In this document: positions 38,731 to 46,715 of the stretch, in pieces
How the letters are laid out: every line of letters begins with the position of its first letter
How positions within the stretch are numbered: position 1 is the first letter of the stretch
DNA from: a virus
DNA: 64,000 bases
Direction: 5' to 3' (one strand)
IMG/VR virus record: IMGVR_UViG_3300021964_000017
Position numbers and translations under genes: made by a program
Notes under the pieces: generated by a model
What the model saw: only the letters and a program-made list of their open reading frames with translations
What the model was told of the DNA's origin: nothing
Database searches by the model: none

Positions 38731-38953
38731 TAGGTAATTGATTGCCTCGGGGAAGAAAGTTGAGATTCATAGCCTCAGCTTCCAACTTATTTTTGATGAC
38801 TGGAGAGATGAACTTACGCACCTCTTCCAGCTCAACTTCATTTTCTTCACATAGATGAATTATTGCATCCATGTAGGTCAGTCTCTTTTTAGTTACTGCA
38901 CCTTCAATTAACTTGGCAAAACTTGCCTTTGTTAGAAATTGTTTATCAAGCAT
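38723..38953 (-). CDS. gp33: Late transcription coactivator gp33
   Basis: F...IE..V......YMDAI...CEEN........IS..IK.KLEAEA..LNFL. Confidence 0.9.
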   Translation of the reverse strand: MLDKQFLTKASFAKLIEGAVTKKRLTYMDAIIHLCEENEVELEEVRKFISPVIKNKLEAEAMNLNFLPRGNQLPID

Positions 38954-39542
38954 CCTGCTCAGCCATTTCCTTTGTATAGAGTCCCACGTCAGGATAGTAC
39001 CATCCTACGCTGCGTTTTGGAGTTCCGTCTTTATTGTATGCCATAACATACACACGATGAGAGATCTTATTCTGCATCTGCGATCCATAGAAGAAGTCAA
39101 GATAGACCCCATGCCGTAGATACGATTCAAGATTGAAGACGTATGTTTCGATCTGTTGGTACTTCGACCGCTCGTTAGAATCTTTAGAGGTCTTGAAGTC
39201 ACGAATGCCTGCCAGCACCTCTTTGTTCTCTTTGATCCAAGAACGAACATTAACCAACGACAGAGGATTGTCGTCAGGAAGATTACGAACATTCTCAGCA
39301 ATGAGTTTGTTCTGTGATGGTCCTTTACTTGCACGAGCAGCAGCAAGACGATCAGCAGCAGCCTTTTTCTGCTCTTCAGTCATCACACGCTTCTTACGAA
39401 ACTTCTTAGCAGGCTTACGATCGAGACCTAGCTTCTCCAATGCGGCGGCTTTGTTAGCAGCCTTAGTAGCTTTCATCTTTGCAACCTTAGCTGCCATTTC
39501 TTCCTCAGTCAACTTTCTACGTGCCATGTGCACCTCCATCAT
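38946..39542 (-). CDS. Conserved basic hypothetical protein
   Basis: Lys/Arg-rich N-terminus, LPDD.PLS...V..WI, YLR.G.Y.D; has its own promoter and GGAGG RBS. Confidence 0.75.
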   Translation of the reverse strand: MMEVHMARRKLTEEEMAAKVAKMKATKAANKAAALEKLGLDRKPAKKFRKKRVMTEEQKKAAADRLAAARASKGPSQNKLIAENVRNLPDDNPLSLVNVRSWIKENKEVLAGIRDFKTSKDSNERSKYQQIETYVFNLESYLRHGVYLDFFYGSQMQNKISHRVYVMAYNKDGTPKRSVGWYYPDVGLYTKEMAEQDA

Positions 39543-39553
39543 AATATAGAACT

Positions 39554-39582
39554 ATTATCGCACCTTATTGTAATAAAGTCAA
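39554..39582 (-). promoter_or_regulatory. sigma70-type early promoter
   Basis: TTGACT-17-GATAAT. Confidence 0.7.
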
Positions 39583-39585
39583 CAG

Positions 39586-39792
39586 TTAATATTCATCGTG
39601 GAGCTTAATAATTTCAATTTCTCCATCCGAATTTGTTTTATGCTTGAGGTAACCTTCCTGGCAGAGATGGTTAATCGTATCCTCAATAGTATTAGTTGTT
39701 TTTCTTTGACCCCACTCTCTACCTGCCATGAAGGCGCATATACTAGCGCCTCCAATAAGCGCCCACTGGACTAACCCTGGATCAAGATACAT
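39586..39792 (-). CDS. Small membrane-anchored hypothetical protein
   Basis: N-terminal hydrophobic helix; AAGGAG RBS; TATAAATA at 39821-39828. Confidence 0.6.
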   Translation of the reverse strand: MYLDPGLVQWALIGGASICAFMAGREWGQRKTTNTIEDTINHLCQEGYLKHKTNSDGEIEIIKLHDEY

Positions 39793-39828
39793 GTAAAATC
39801 TCCTTATGTGTGCACTTAGTTATTTATA

Positions 39829-40095
39829 TCAGCTAAATGAGATCACGTTTTCTACCCGGAATGATCGGAATGCTGACTTATTGACATCCCAAGCAACAAT
39901 CGTTTGTTCATTGACCGCACGGACCTTTTTCTGTGTCAGCGGATCATCTTTCTTAGCAGGAGGAAGAACATCCTCTTGAAGAGTGCAGACCATGTTACGT
40001 TCTTCACCATTGATCTTTGTAAAGATCACGCGGCACTCACGTTGCTGCAATTCAGTAATCATTTCTTCTCTATTCATATCAGTTATATCCCACAT
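39829..40095 (-). CDS. SH3/WYL-like beta-barrel protein
   Basis: V.FTK.NGE.R.M.CTL...WDV.K..FRSFR.ENV. Confidence 0.8.
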   Translation of the reverse strand: MWDITDMNREEMITELQQRECRVIFTKINGEERNMVCTLQEDVLPPAKKDDPLTQKKVRAVNEQTIVAWDVNKSAFRSFRVENVISFS

Positions 40096-40103
40096 TGTAA
40101 TTA

Positions 40104-40361
40104 TTAATTCCAGTCGTTATCGAACCGAGTAGTTTCATGATATACTTCACCATACCACTCTTTGGCATACTTAGATGCATCAGTATAATAACGCTCGTCT
40201 TTCATAGAATCAGAGTTGTCGAGAAAAGATTTAGCGTTGCTCTTCGAAGGCTTAGCCTCCATACGTACAAATCGAGCTTCGCGAGTCTTTGACTGTTGTA
40301 AGCGTTTCGCAGATGCTTTGATCATTGCAATTCTTTCAGCTTTACTTTGCATTCCAACCAT
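40104..40361 (-). CDS. Hypothetical protein
   Basis: Part of an overlapped run of small early ORFs. Confidence 0.6.
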   Translation of the reverse strand: MVGMQSKAERIAMIKASAKRLQQSKTREARFVRMEAKPSKSNAKSFLDNSDSMKDERYYTDASKYAKEWYGEVYHETTRFDNDWN

Positions 40362-40539
40362 TCTCCTTTAGACGTTGAGTGAACATTATCTTCTCTTCTG
40401 TCGATAAAGTCAACTCTGTTTTTTTACATCGATTAGCAAATTCACGTAGGACCCAAGTTCCCATTCCATTATTGACAAGACTGTAGTGTTTATCATCACC
40501 CCACTTGTCGTGTTTGTAAATCATCCCCAATCCTTCCAA
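40342..40539 (-). CDS. Hypothetical protein
   Basis: Part of an overlapped run of small early ORFs. Confidence 0.55.
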   Translation of the reverse strand: MEGLGMIYKHDKWGDDKHYSLVNNGMGTWVLREFANRCKKTELTLSTEEKIMFTQRLKENGWNAK

Positions 40540-40781
40540 TCTTGGTTAACAGTTTCATTATACTCGAAACCAGCATGATACTCAAGCAATTCTCGCTTGG
40601 TCATCTCACTTTTTTCTATGCGATGAGAAGTAAACGTATCGCCAACAAAATAATGAGGCTGTAAGCCACGACCATAATAACTATCAGCCGATCCACGATC
40701 GAACGGACCTCCATGGCGGAGTGTTTCAGATTTTCCAAATGTGACGTCATAGTCGATTCCTTTATATGTGAAAATTTCCAT
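40521..40781 (-). CDS. Conserved phage hypothetical protein
   Basis: HGGPFDRGSADSYYGR...PHY...Y.AG..YNE....KDWG. Confidence 0.75.
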   Translation of the reverse strand: MEIFTYKGIDYDVTFGKSETLRHGGPFDRGSADSYYGRGLQPHYFVGDTFTSHRIEKSEMTKRELLEYHAGFEYNETVNQDWKDWG

Positions 40782-41017
40782 TACATCTGTCCTCCCAATG
40801 TAGCATATCCATCAGAGTCTTGCAAGAACAGCTCATCCATATGAACATCGAGAGCCTTTTCTTCGCGAGCGATATTATTGATTAGATCACCAATAATCAT
40901 ATCAAGCTCAACTTGGATATCAGACTTGCTCATGTTGAAGGTGTTCGAACGACGAAGAACGCCAGCAAGTTTGTTCTTAACTGTGATTGCATCTTGGATG
41001 TCTTTGACGATAAGCAT
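40781..41017 (-). CDS. Hypothetical early protein
   Basis: AAGGAG RBS, directly behind an early promoter. Confidence 0.65.
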   Translation of the reverse strand: MLIVKDIQDAITVKNKLAGVLRRSNTFNMSKSDIQVELDMIIGDLINNIAREEKALDVHMDELFLQDSDGYATLGGQM

Positions 41018-41043
41018 AATAAATCTCCTTCATTTGATATCCC

Positions 41044-41082
41044 CTTATCCCCTATTGTGAGGATAAGGTCAACAGTTATTTT
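41044..41082 (-). promoter_or_regulatory. Repeated early promoter, copy 1
   Basis: AAAATAACTG-TTGACC-17-GATAAG. Confidence 0.75.
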
Positions 41083-41165
41083 AGCTTTTTATCAAAAAGT
41101 TTCTACGATGGCTGTTGCTACGCAAAGACATACAAAGAACGCTGAACAGAATACAAAAGCTCCCA

Positions 41166-41501
41166 TTACAAAACTTCTCCTGTAATTACGTTAACAACTT
41201 TAGCATTTGGACCAAAAGCTGCTTGAGCCATCATGCGCTCTTCATTCTTTTGTTCTTCTGAACGATTAGCTTGAGCAAACATGTAATCTTTCAACATTGC
41301 TGTCTGCTCGATCTTACGAGTATTCTCAGAAAGCTCGACTTGAAAATCAGCAATCAAACCCAATGTTGCAAAGTCAGTTACCATGTCAAGAAAAGGAACT
41401 CGGTCGTTAGATACCCAACGAACTACATCACCATCCATATATGCACCAGCAAAGTTCTCGATGATCTTTTCTGCTGTGTAACCTGTTTCAAACTTTTCCA
41501 T
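41166..41501 (-). CDS. Hypothetical early protein
   Basis: Ends AAFGPNAKVVNVITGE; AAGGAG RBS behind an early promoter. Confidence 0.7.
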   Translation of the reverse strand: MEKFETGYTAEKIIENFAGAYMDGDVVRWVSNDRVPFLDMVTDFATLGLIADFQVELSENTRKIEQTAMLKDYMFAQANRSEEQKNEERMMAQAAFGPNAKVVNVITGEVL

Positions 41502-41524
41502 GTCTTTTCTCCTTTTGATGCCCC

Positions 41525-41563
41525 TTTATCGGACATAAATAGACAAAGGTCAACAGTTATTTT
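41525..41563 (-). promoter_or_regulatory. Repeated early promoter, copy 2
   Basis: AAAATAACTG-TTGACC-17-GATAAA. Confidence 0.75.
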
Positions 41564-41580
41564 AAGAAAGACTAAAAAAA

Positions 41581-42057
41581 ATGATTAGTTTTGATGTAGA
41601 AAATATAACCAAAGGCATAGGTGTAGTAACAGCAACATTAGCAATGCTGGGTGGCGGTTACACTGTGTGGGACAAGTTCTCAAGCAAGGACATACTTACT
41701 TGGGCACCAGAACACTTTGAAATTAGCAATGCACCTGTTGACGGAACATTTGATGTTATTGTTGCTCGTGAAAAACACAGAGATGATTGTAGTGTTGAAG
41801 GGTTTACGCTTGAAGTCAAAGACAGTGAGTATATGGTACACGAAGCAACTCCTGGTATGACAAAGTTCAGCGGACCTGCTAGTGATAAAATTGATAAGTT
41901 TGGATTTACATTTACTATTGACGAAGAACATCAGCATATGATCCCTGCAGGTGAAGCAACACTGTTAGCTCACATAGATTATCAATGTCCAGAGGGGGCA
42001 GTGGTTGTTAACTATCCAGATCATGAAAATTTAACATTTAAAATACTAGAGGAATAG
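41581..42057 (+). CDS. Membrane-anchored hypothetical protein
   Basis: N-terminal TM helix, beta-rich domain with two Cys; CATAAATA at 41534-41541. Confidence 0.7.
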   Translation: MISFDVENITKGIGVVTATLAMLGGGYTVWDKFSSKDILTWAPEHFEISNAPVDGTFDVIVAREKHRDDCSVEGFTLEVKDSEYMVHEATPGMTKFSGPASDKIDKFGFTFTIDEEHQHMIPAGEATLLAHIDYQCPEGAVVVNYPDHENLTFKILEE

Positions 42058-42060
42058 ACA

Positions 42061-42342
42061 ATGGTAGATTTATTTGATTTTGGATTTACAGCTGTAGATG
42101 AAGATGAGTTAGATGCTGTGCAAAAACAGCAGCAGAAGGCAGCTGAGATAGGTGCAGATGCAGCAAGAGCAGCCTCAGCCGCAAATGATAGACAAGAGAG
42201 ATTAGACAATCTATATAATGCTATCGTGCCATTGCTGAACAACTTAAAAAAGAATCCAGAGAAAGATTATATTCTCTGGCCCAATCGTCTAGCTAAAGTT
42301 GAAGAGTTTGAAGATCACCTGCAAAAGATTTACAACGGGTGA
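42061..42342 (+). CDS. Conserved hypothetical protein
   Basis: DFGFTAVDEDEL...PLLNNLKKNPEKDYILWPNR; GAGG RBS. Confidence 0.8.
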   Translation: MVDLFDFGFTAVDEDELDAVQKQQQKAAEIGADAARAASAANDRQERLDNLYNAIVPLLNNLKKNPEKDYILWPNRLAKVEEFEDHLQKIYNG

Positions 42343-42908
42343 AGCTTTCCGTCTGAGCCGTACTTTGCAAAGCTCCAACCAAAGTCTTTCATAGCACCAA
42401 TACCCACTCTTCGAGCCAACATTGCTCTTTGCTTCTGACCGTCTTCGGCCGAGACATTTCCTAGGTTGTCGTACATCTTAAAGCCATGGGGATATGCAAC
42501 AGCCATAATATTCTCATGTGGTGTTGGCCCTCCATATCCATTTGTCAAGAACTCTCGAAGAAATGGCATGAACTTACGCATTATGTAAACTCGATCTTTC
42601 ATATCAAGTTGTAGCTGATGAAGTGTGGCGCTTTCATATCGCCACGAAACTTCTGCAAGCTCGATATCATAATTAGCTCGTTCATTCAACCTCAAGTTGT
42701 CGTAGATCCCTCTACACTGCTCTAGCGTTTGTTTTTCGTTGTGGCAGATAGCAAATAAAAAGTCTTCCTTCTTCTTATATGCTAGATAGCGAGCAATGAG
42801 TTTTACCTCATCCCCGCTGTCTAAAGGAACTACAATCTCATGTTCATATCCTGTGGGGGGCTGATATTTCTCCATCCACTCCATCAGGAATTCAACTTTA
42901 TTAAACAT
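42330..42908 (-). CDS. Hypothetical protein
   Basis: 192-aa ORF with AAGGA RBS. Confidence 0.65.
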   Translation of the reverse strand: MFNKVEFLMEWMEKYQPPTGYEHEIVVPLDSGDEVKLIARYLAYKKKEDFLFAICHNEKQTLEQCRGIYDNLRLNERANYDIELAEVSWRYESATLHQLQLDMKDRVYIMRKFMPFLREFLTNGYGGPTPHENIMAVAYPHGFKMYDNLGNVSAEDGQKQRAMLARRVGIGAMKDFGWSFAKYGSDGKLHPL

Positions 42909-42916
42909 TATAATCC

Positions 42917-43204
42917 TTACTCAGATGGTTGTTCCATCTCCAACACTTCAATGCGGCTTTCGAGAATCTCTAGCTCATCTTGAGTGGCAGCATTTTCTAA
43001 TTGCTGATTAGCATAGAGAGATGAATGAGCTGCTGCTGTTTTGAGCAAAGTTGTTTCATGAGATTCTAGAACCTTGTTGATTTCTACAATCTCAATTTGT
43101 TGGACGATTGATTGCGCTACTAGTTCATCAATGTGAACCTGTTGCTTTTTAATTTCTGTGTCCATTGCCATCATTGACAAGAACCATAATACCGCTATTT
43201 CCAT
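42917..43204 (-). CDS. Coiled-coil hypothetical protein
   Basis: AAGGAG RBS; hydrophobic N-terminus followed by heptads. Confidence 0.65.
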   Translation of the reverse strand: MEIAVLWFLSMMAMDTEIKKQQVHIDELVAQSIVQQIEIVEINKVLESHETTLLKTAAAHSSLYANQQLENAATQDELEILESRIEVLEMEQPSE

Positions 43205-43224
43205 TTTAGTCTCCTTAGATAATT

Positions 43225-43385
43225 TCTGTGTATGTGCTAACGGTTCAACGCTTTCGCTCCACGCTTTGCACTAACGACATACACCTGCCGGCATACTTGC
43301 ATCGACCCTTTTGTTGTGACTGCGAACTCACTTCAATCATATGGGACTTGGTAACCCATACTAGTTAGTGGCAAACTAACGTGAC
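43225..43385 (-). ncRNA. Candidate structured non-coding RNA
   Basis: No ORF; consecutive stems GTTAG/CTAAC, TATGGG/CCCATA, TGATTG/CAGTCA, GTGTATGT/ACATACAC, and a GC-GAAA-GC tetraloop; starts right after the tRNA-Trp CCA. Confidence 0.45.
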
Positions 43386-43459
43386 TGGCACAGGTGCTAA
43401 GAATCGAACTCAGACTTACGGATTTGGAATCCGTCGTGATACCATTTCACCACACCCTT
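43386..43459 (-). tRNA. tRNA-Trp (CCA)
   Basis: D arm GTGA/TCAC, anticodon arm ACGGA-TTCCAAA-TCCGT, T arm CTGAG-TTCGATT-CTTAG, encoded CCA. Confidence 0.9.
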
Positions 43460-43463
43460 ATTT

Positions 43464-43541
43464 TGGTGATCTCTGTAGGACTCGAACCTACGACCTAGTG
43501 CTTAGAAGGCACTTGCTCTGATCCAGCTGAGCTAAGAGACC
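43464..43541 (-). tRNA. tRNA-Arg (TCT)
   Basis: GGTCTCT/AGAGATC acceptor, AGTGC-CTTCTAA-GCACT anticodon arm, GTAGG-TTCGAGT-CCTAC, encoded CCA. Confidence 0.95.
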
Positions 43542-43717
43542 GTTATACTTATGCACATGGCCTGTTGCCCCGACTTAAAATATCCTCCGCCCATACCGAC
43601 TTCATCACTTAGTGCTTCTCTAGCATGAAAGCACTCAACCATTGAATCGTATGTGTCATACTTAACAACGTATGGATCATCTGCATACAGATATATAAAA
43701 ACCAAAACCCAAGCCAT
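43532..43717 (-). CDS. Small hypothetical protein
   Basis: Hydrophobic N-terminus, M.EC...RE...C; stop codon lies inside tRNA-Arg. Confidence 0.6.
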   Translation of the reverse strand: MAWVLVFIYLYADDPYVVKYDTYDSMVECFHAREALSDEVGMGGGYFKSGQQAMCISITVS

Positions 43718-44187
43718 TATTTCTGAAACTGAACTACGTATCGTTGACCATTTATATAGAAACGAATTGTAGAGTGGCTATAGCGCTCTTGCGTTTGATT
43801 AACATACGAAACGACATCACTACACTGTTGTTGAGTTTCATATCCAACAATTCGACGTTCCGTTCTTGAGCGTGATGCCTGATCAGCACCTATGATTCCA
43901 CCAAGGACAGCCCCCGCAGCTGCTCCGCCATCATCATTGGTTACGCCTTTACCAAGCAAACCACCAATGATCATACCCGCAAGCGCACCGCCTGCTGCAT
44001 CGCCTTGTGTTTGCACATCTTGATAGATTGGCACTTCTATGTTCTGACAACGTGTCTGTGTCTGCGGAACTTGAGTAACAACAGTTTTTGTATGATCAAA
44101 TACCTTAACACGATCCACTGTGTCCGCAGCTACTGTAGTTGCTAGCAGTGAAGAAGCCAGCACGACCTTACCTAAAAAATTTATCAT
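43717..44187 (-). CDS. Glycine-zipper 2TM secreted protein
   Basis: Signal peptide; GALAGMIIGGLLG...GAAAGAVLGGIIG; Cys pair. Confidence 0.85.
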   Translation of the reverse strand: MINFLGKVVLASSLLATTVAADTVDRVKVFDHTKTVVTQVPQTQTRCQNIEVPIYQDVQTQGDAAGGALAGMIIGGLLGKGVTNDDGGAAAGAVLGGIIGADQASRSRTERRIVGYETQQQCSDVVSYVNQTQERYSHSTIRFYINGQRYVVQFQK

Positions 44188-44405
44188 TTTTCGTCTCCAT
44201 GTTCTATAAGCATACTATCAACCATCCAACAAATCCAGTCAACATCTTCTTGGTCGCAAGGTGGGATTACTTTACTATACAACCCCTTAACAATTTCATC
44301 TTCAATTTTTTCTTTATTAGCTTTACCATTTACAAACGGTTGATGATAGCCATGTTCGAGAACATGAAATACCATCGCGCCTTGTTGTTCAGTACTAAGC
44401 AACAT
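44184..44405 (-). CDS. Hypothetical protein
   Basis: Overlapped small ORF. Confidence 0.55.
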   Translation of the reverse strand: MLLSTEQQGAMVFHVLEHGYHQPFVNGKANKEKIEDEIVKGLYSKVIPPCDQEDVDWICWMVDSMLIEHGDEK

Positions 44406-44517
44406 ATCTATTCTCCTTTACGATGACATGGATTGTGGCGACTGACTTATCAGTCTTACTCACAAAGAATTCTAGACCAGCTTCACTGAGCATTTTACGT
44501 ACTTCTTCAATCGTCAT
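44395..44517 (-). CDS. Hypothetical protein
   Basis: Start reassigned to MTIEEVRK (GGAG RBS upstream). Confidence 0.5.
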   Translation of the reverse strand: MTIEEVRKMLSEAGLEFFVSKTDKSVATIHVIVKENRYVA

Positions 44518-44746
44518 GGGGCATCTCCAATCCAGTAAAGTTTGCTTGTAACCAACCGCGGTCCATAGCATGTAGGACAACCATATCTTTGTATGGTTCC
44601 TCGACGTGGCCAGTTTTAATAGCCCATTCCTTCATGTCCTGTCCAACCATAGCAAGTTGATCACCATGTGTATGATGAGCGTGAATACGTTCAGCCTCAG
44701 ACTCAACCATGTTCCACTCGATGTTTTGTTTTTCAAAATTTGTCAT
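44507..44746 (-). CDS. Hypothetical protein
   Basis: GAGG RBS, TAATG coupling. Confidence 0.55.
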   Translation of the reverse strand: MTNFEKQNIEWNMVESEAERIHAHHTHGDQLAMVGQDMKEWAIKTGHVEEPYKDMVVLHAMDRGWLQANFTGLEMPHDD

Positions 44747-44961
44747 TATGCAGCCACCTCAAAGTAGTTATCTACTAGTACACCAATACAATCGTTAAGA
44801 TACTCAGTGTCATAGAAGACAGCCAGCGGAATAAACATATCAGATTCTACAAAGTTCCAGTTAATACCACCAGAGCTATTGATGTTCTCTGGGTTAGTAA
44901 CAGCAGCTTCGAAAGCTTCGATGATGTCGTTTTTGATCATTGCACCGTATGTAGTAAGCAT
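44746..44961 (-). CDS. Hypothetical early protein
   Basis: Start reassigned to MLTTYG behind AAGGAG and the promoter; INWNFVESD motif. Confidence 0.7.
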   Translation of the reverse strand: MLTTYGAMIKNDIIEAFEAAVTNPENINSSGGINWNFVESDMFIPLAVFYDTEYLNDCIGVLVDNYFEVAA

Positions 44962-44985
44962 CTTTGTTCTCCTTTTGATATAATA

Positions 44986-45024
44986 GTTATACCATAGAGT
45001 ACTTATGAGGTCAACAGTTATTTT
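44986..45024 (-). promoter_or_regulatory. Repeated early promoter, copy 3
   Basis: AAAATAACTG-TTGACC-17-TATAAC. Confidence 0.8.
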
Positions 45025-45035
45025 GTTTCTCCATA

Positions 45036-45203
45036 TCACTCATTGATACAGTTTCCTTGAACGATTTGTTTACCAGCAGCAATACACTGTTCTTTTAATT
45101 GTGTGCTATTTTCCATATCAATCGCAATCAAATAACCAATACCCCAAGCACAAAAGAACAATAGGGCAAGAAAGGCCATCATTGGAACATCGTGTTTATA
45201 CAT
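45036..45203 (-). CDS. 55-aa membrane protein
   Basis: Hand translation MYKHDVPMMAFLALLFFCAWGIGYLIAID...QCIAAGKQIVQGNCINE; GGAG RBS. Confidence 0.55.
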   Translation of the reverse strand: MYKHDVPMMAFLALLFFCAWGIGYLIAIDMENSTQLKEQCIAAGKQIVQGNCINE

Positions 45204-45409
45204 TTTCTTTCTCCACGAATACAGTTATTTTGAACTTTTCTTTACCATCTCAACCATGCTCATAGCGCGTCCTAGTGTTATAATATTCACTTCGGTCACG
45301 CCGTTCCAATCGTTGTCCAGAATTCTCCGGCACACTTCTGCTACTGTCACGTTTCAACCATCCTGTTAAATTTTCACCTACAACATCATCACATGGATCG
45401 TCACAAGAG

Positions 45410-45712
45410 TCAACCATCCTTACCTCTTAATTCTGCTATTGCGCCTTTTATACGCGAGGGGTATTTACCCAAAAAAGTTCCTGCACCTAGATCATCTTTT
45501 GTAATATAATCTTTGTGCATGTGTTCTACTTCATCGTAATGTGTTAATAGTTTCTTGCCCATACGATCAAACGACATGTCAGATAGAATAGGATTGTCTT
45601 CAACATAATAAGCATATGCCGCCATTAGATACCATGGCACCAACATGTTGATATTATTGTCCGTTGTTTCCAGACAAAGTTTATCATAATCAGTTGGGTC
45701 GCGTCTGGCCAT
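45410..45712 (-). CDS. Stand-alone NAD-dependent DNA ligase domain Ia-like protein
   Basis: AYAYYVEDNPILSDMSFD resembles YY....P.ISD.EYD. Confidence 0.65.
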   Translation of the reverse strand: MARRDPTDYDKLCLETTDNNINMLVPWYLMAAYAYYVEDNPILSDMSFDRMGKKLLTHYDEVEHMHKDYITKDDLGAGTFLGKYPSRIKGAIAELRGKDG

Positions 45713-46079
45713 TGAATGCCTCCGTTAGTTCTTTATCCATGGCATGCGCTTCGATTTCTTGCCAACGTTGCTCGTATGGGCTCTCGGTATCCATCACCAT
45801 ACAATTTAGATATTGCTTTACATGAACGAGTTCATGCAGAACAGTCGTTATCAGATCAGGGATTGATAGGGAAAGGTCGAGACGAATCGTAAACTCATGA
45901 TCGTCTTCATACATACAGTCGCCAAAAACTCCTTGTTTGCGAATGCCTGATATATTTATAAAGACATCATCAACTTCAGGAAATAATTTATCAGATCCAA
46001 ACGCAATTACATCACAGATTAGATCTTGTTTTTTTCTAGCAAATCTACTATTGAATTCAACTAACATATTGTCCTCCAT
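45690..46079 (-). CDS. Zinc metallopeptidase-like protein
   Basis: LHELVHVKQ (HExxH) plus W.EIEA. Confidence 0.8.
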   Translation of the reverse strand: MEDNMLVEFNSRFARKKQDLICDVIAFGSDKLFPEVDDVFINISGIRKQGVFGDCMYEDDHEFTIRLDLSLSIPDLITTVLHELVHVKQYLNCMVMDTESPYEQRWQEIEAHAMDKELTEAFNGQTRPN

Positions 46080-46090
46080 CTAACTTATAC

Positions 46091-46119
46091 GTTATAGCAT
46101 AAAGTTAAAAGAAAGTCAA
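46091..46119 (-). promoter_or_regulatory. sigma70-type early promoter
   Basis: TTGACT-17-TATAAC. Confidence 0.7.
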
Positions 46120-46715
46120 CCGTTTTTTGTGCGTACCTCGACATTTTTTCCAAGTTTGATCTTAGCATCGTTGTGTTCGTGGTACAGAACAAACTGGGTA
46201 TTGGGAAACTCTTTAAACAGATTCTCCCACACAGGCCGCCAGTTGCTTGCAAGCCTGTTGTTGTTAGTTAGACTTCTATCACTGTTAAGATACATGTCAG
46301 TACAGCTACGAAGATTAAAGTCGAATATAGAATCAAATCCATACATATGAACCACGTCTGCATTCAGCTCATTGGCACTGTAGTGAGTTGCCATGTGTCC
46401 ACAGTTAAAGTCTGTATAGTTGCTCACATAATTAGGTAAAGTAAGATAGAACCCCTTGATGTGCTGAGCGACCCGCATATAAAATTCAGGTCTTTGCTCC
46501 ATCCAAATTTTAGGTCTAAATCCAAGAGTCCACTCCCCAGGGATATGAACAGACCCTTCTGTCATAGCTTTCATCATCTTAAAATCAACAAGACAGGTTG
46601 TATATACATTTGCTACTTCAAACGGAGGGATGTTGCATGTAACCTTAATACCTTTTGATGGTTTATACATTACAGCATTATCGCCATTACCAATTAGATG
46701 AACGGTCCTACTCAT
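46116..46715 (-). CDS. Hypothetical protein, GT29/Maf-like transferase fold
   Basis: HLIGNG, CN, N.GH.A, HMYGFD. Confidence 0.5.
   Translation of the reverse strand: MSRTVHLIGNGDNAVMYKPSKGIKVTCNIPPFEVANVYTTCLVDFKMMKAMTEGSVHIPGEWTLGFRPKIWMEQRPEFYMRVAQHIKGFYLTLPNYVSNYTDFNCGHMATHYSANELNADVVHMYGFDSIFDFNLRSCTDMYLNSDRSLTNNNRLASNWRPVWENLFKEFPNTQFVLYHEHNDAKIKLGKNVEVRTKNG

Noticed and set aside
43225-43385. c-di-GMP riboswitch, tmRNA or third tRNA
   Set aside because: Partial GCAAA/GAAA resemblance only; no second conserved stem, tag ORF or T-loop/CCA
41044-45024. Repeated 17-mer as a CRISPR repeat, att site or CtrA box
   Set aside because: Irregular spacing; each copy sits at -35 of a promoter upstream of an RBS; spacing does not fit TTAA-N7-TTAA
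45195-45417. Two very short ORFs (about 22 and 45 aa)
   Set aside because: Plausible small early genes, but no motif support, so not listed as features
45953-45960. TATAAATA inside the peptidase gene
   Set aside because: Intragenic, about 240 nt from the next start, in an early region; likely chance in AT-rich DNA
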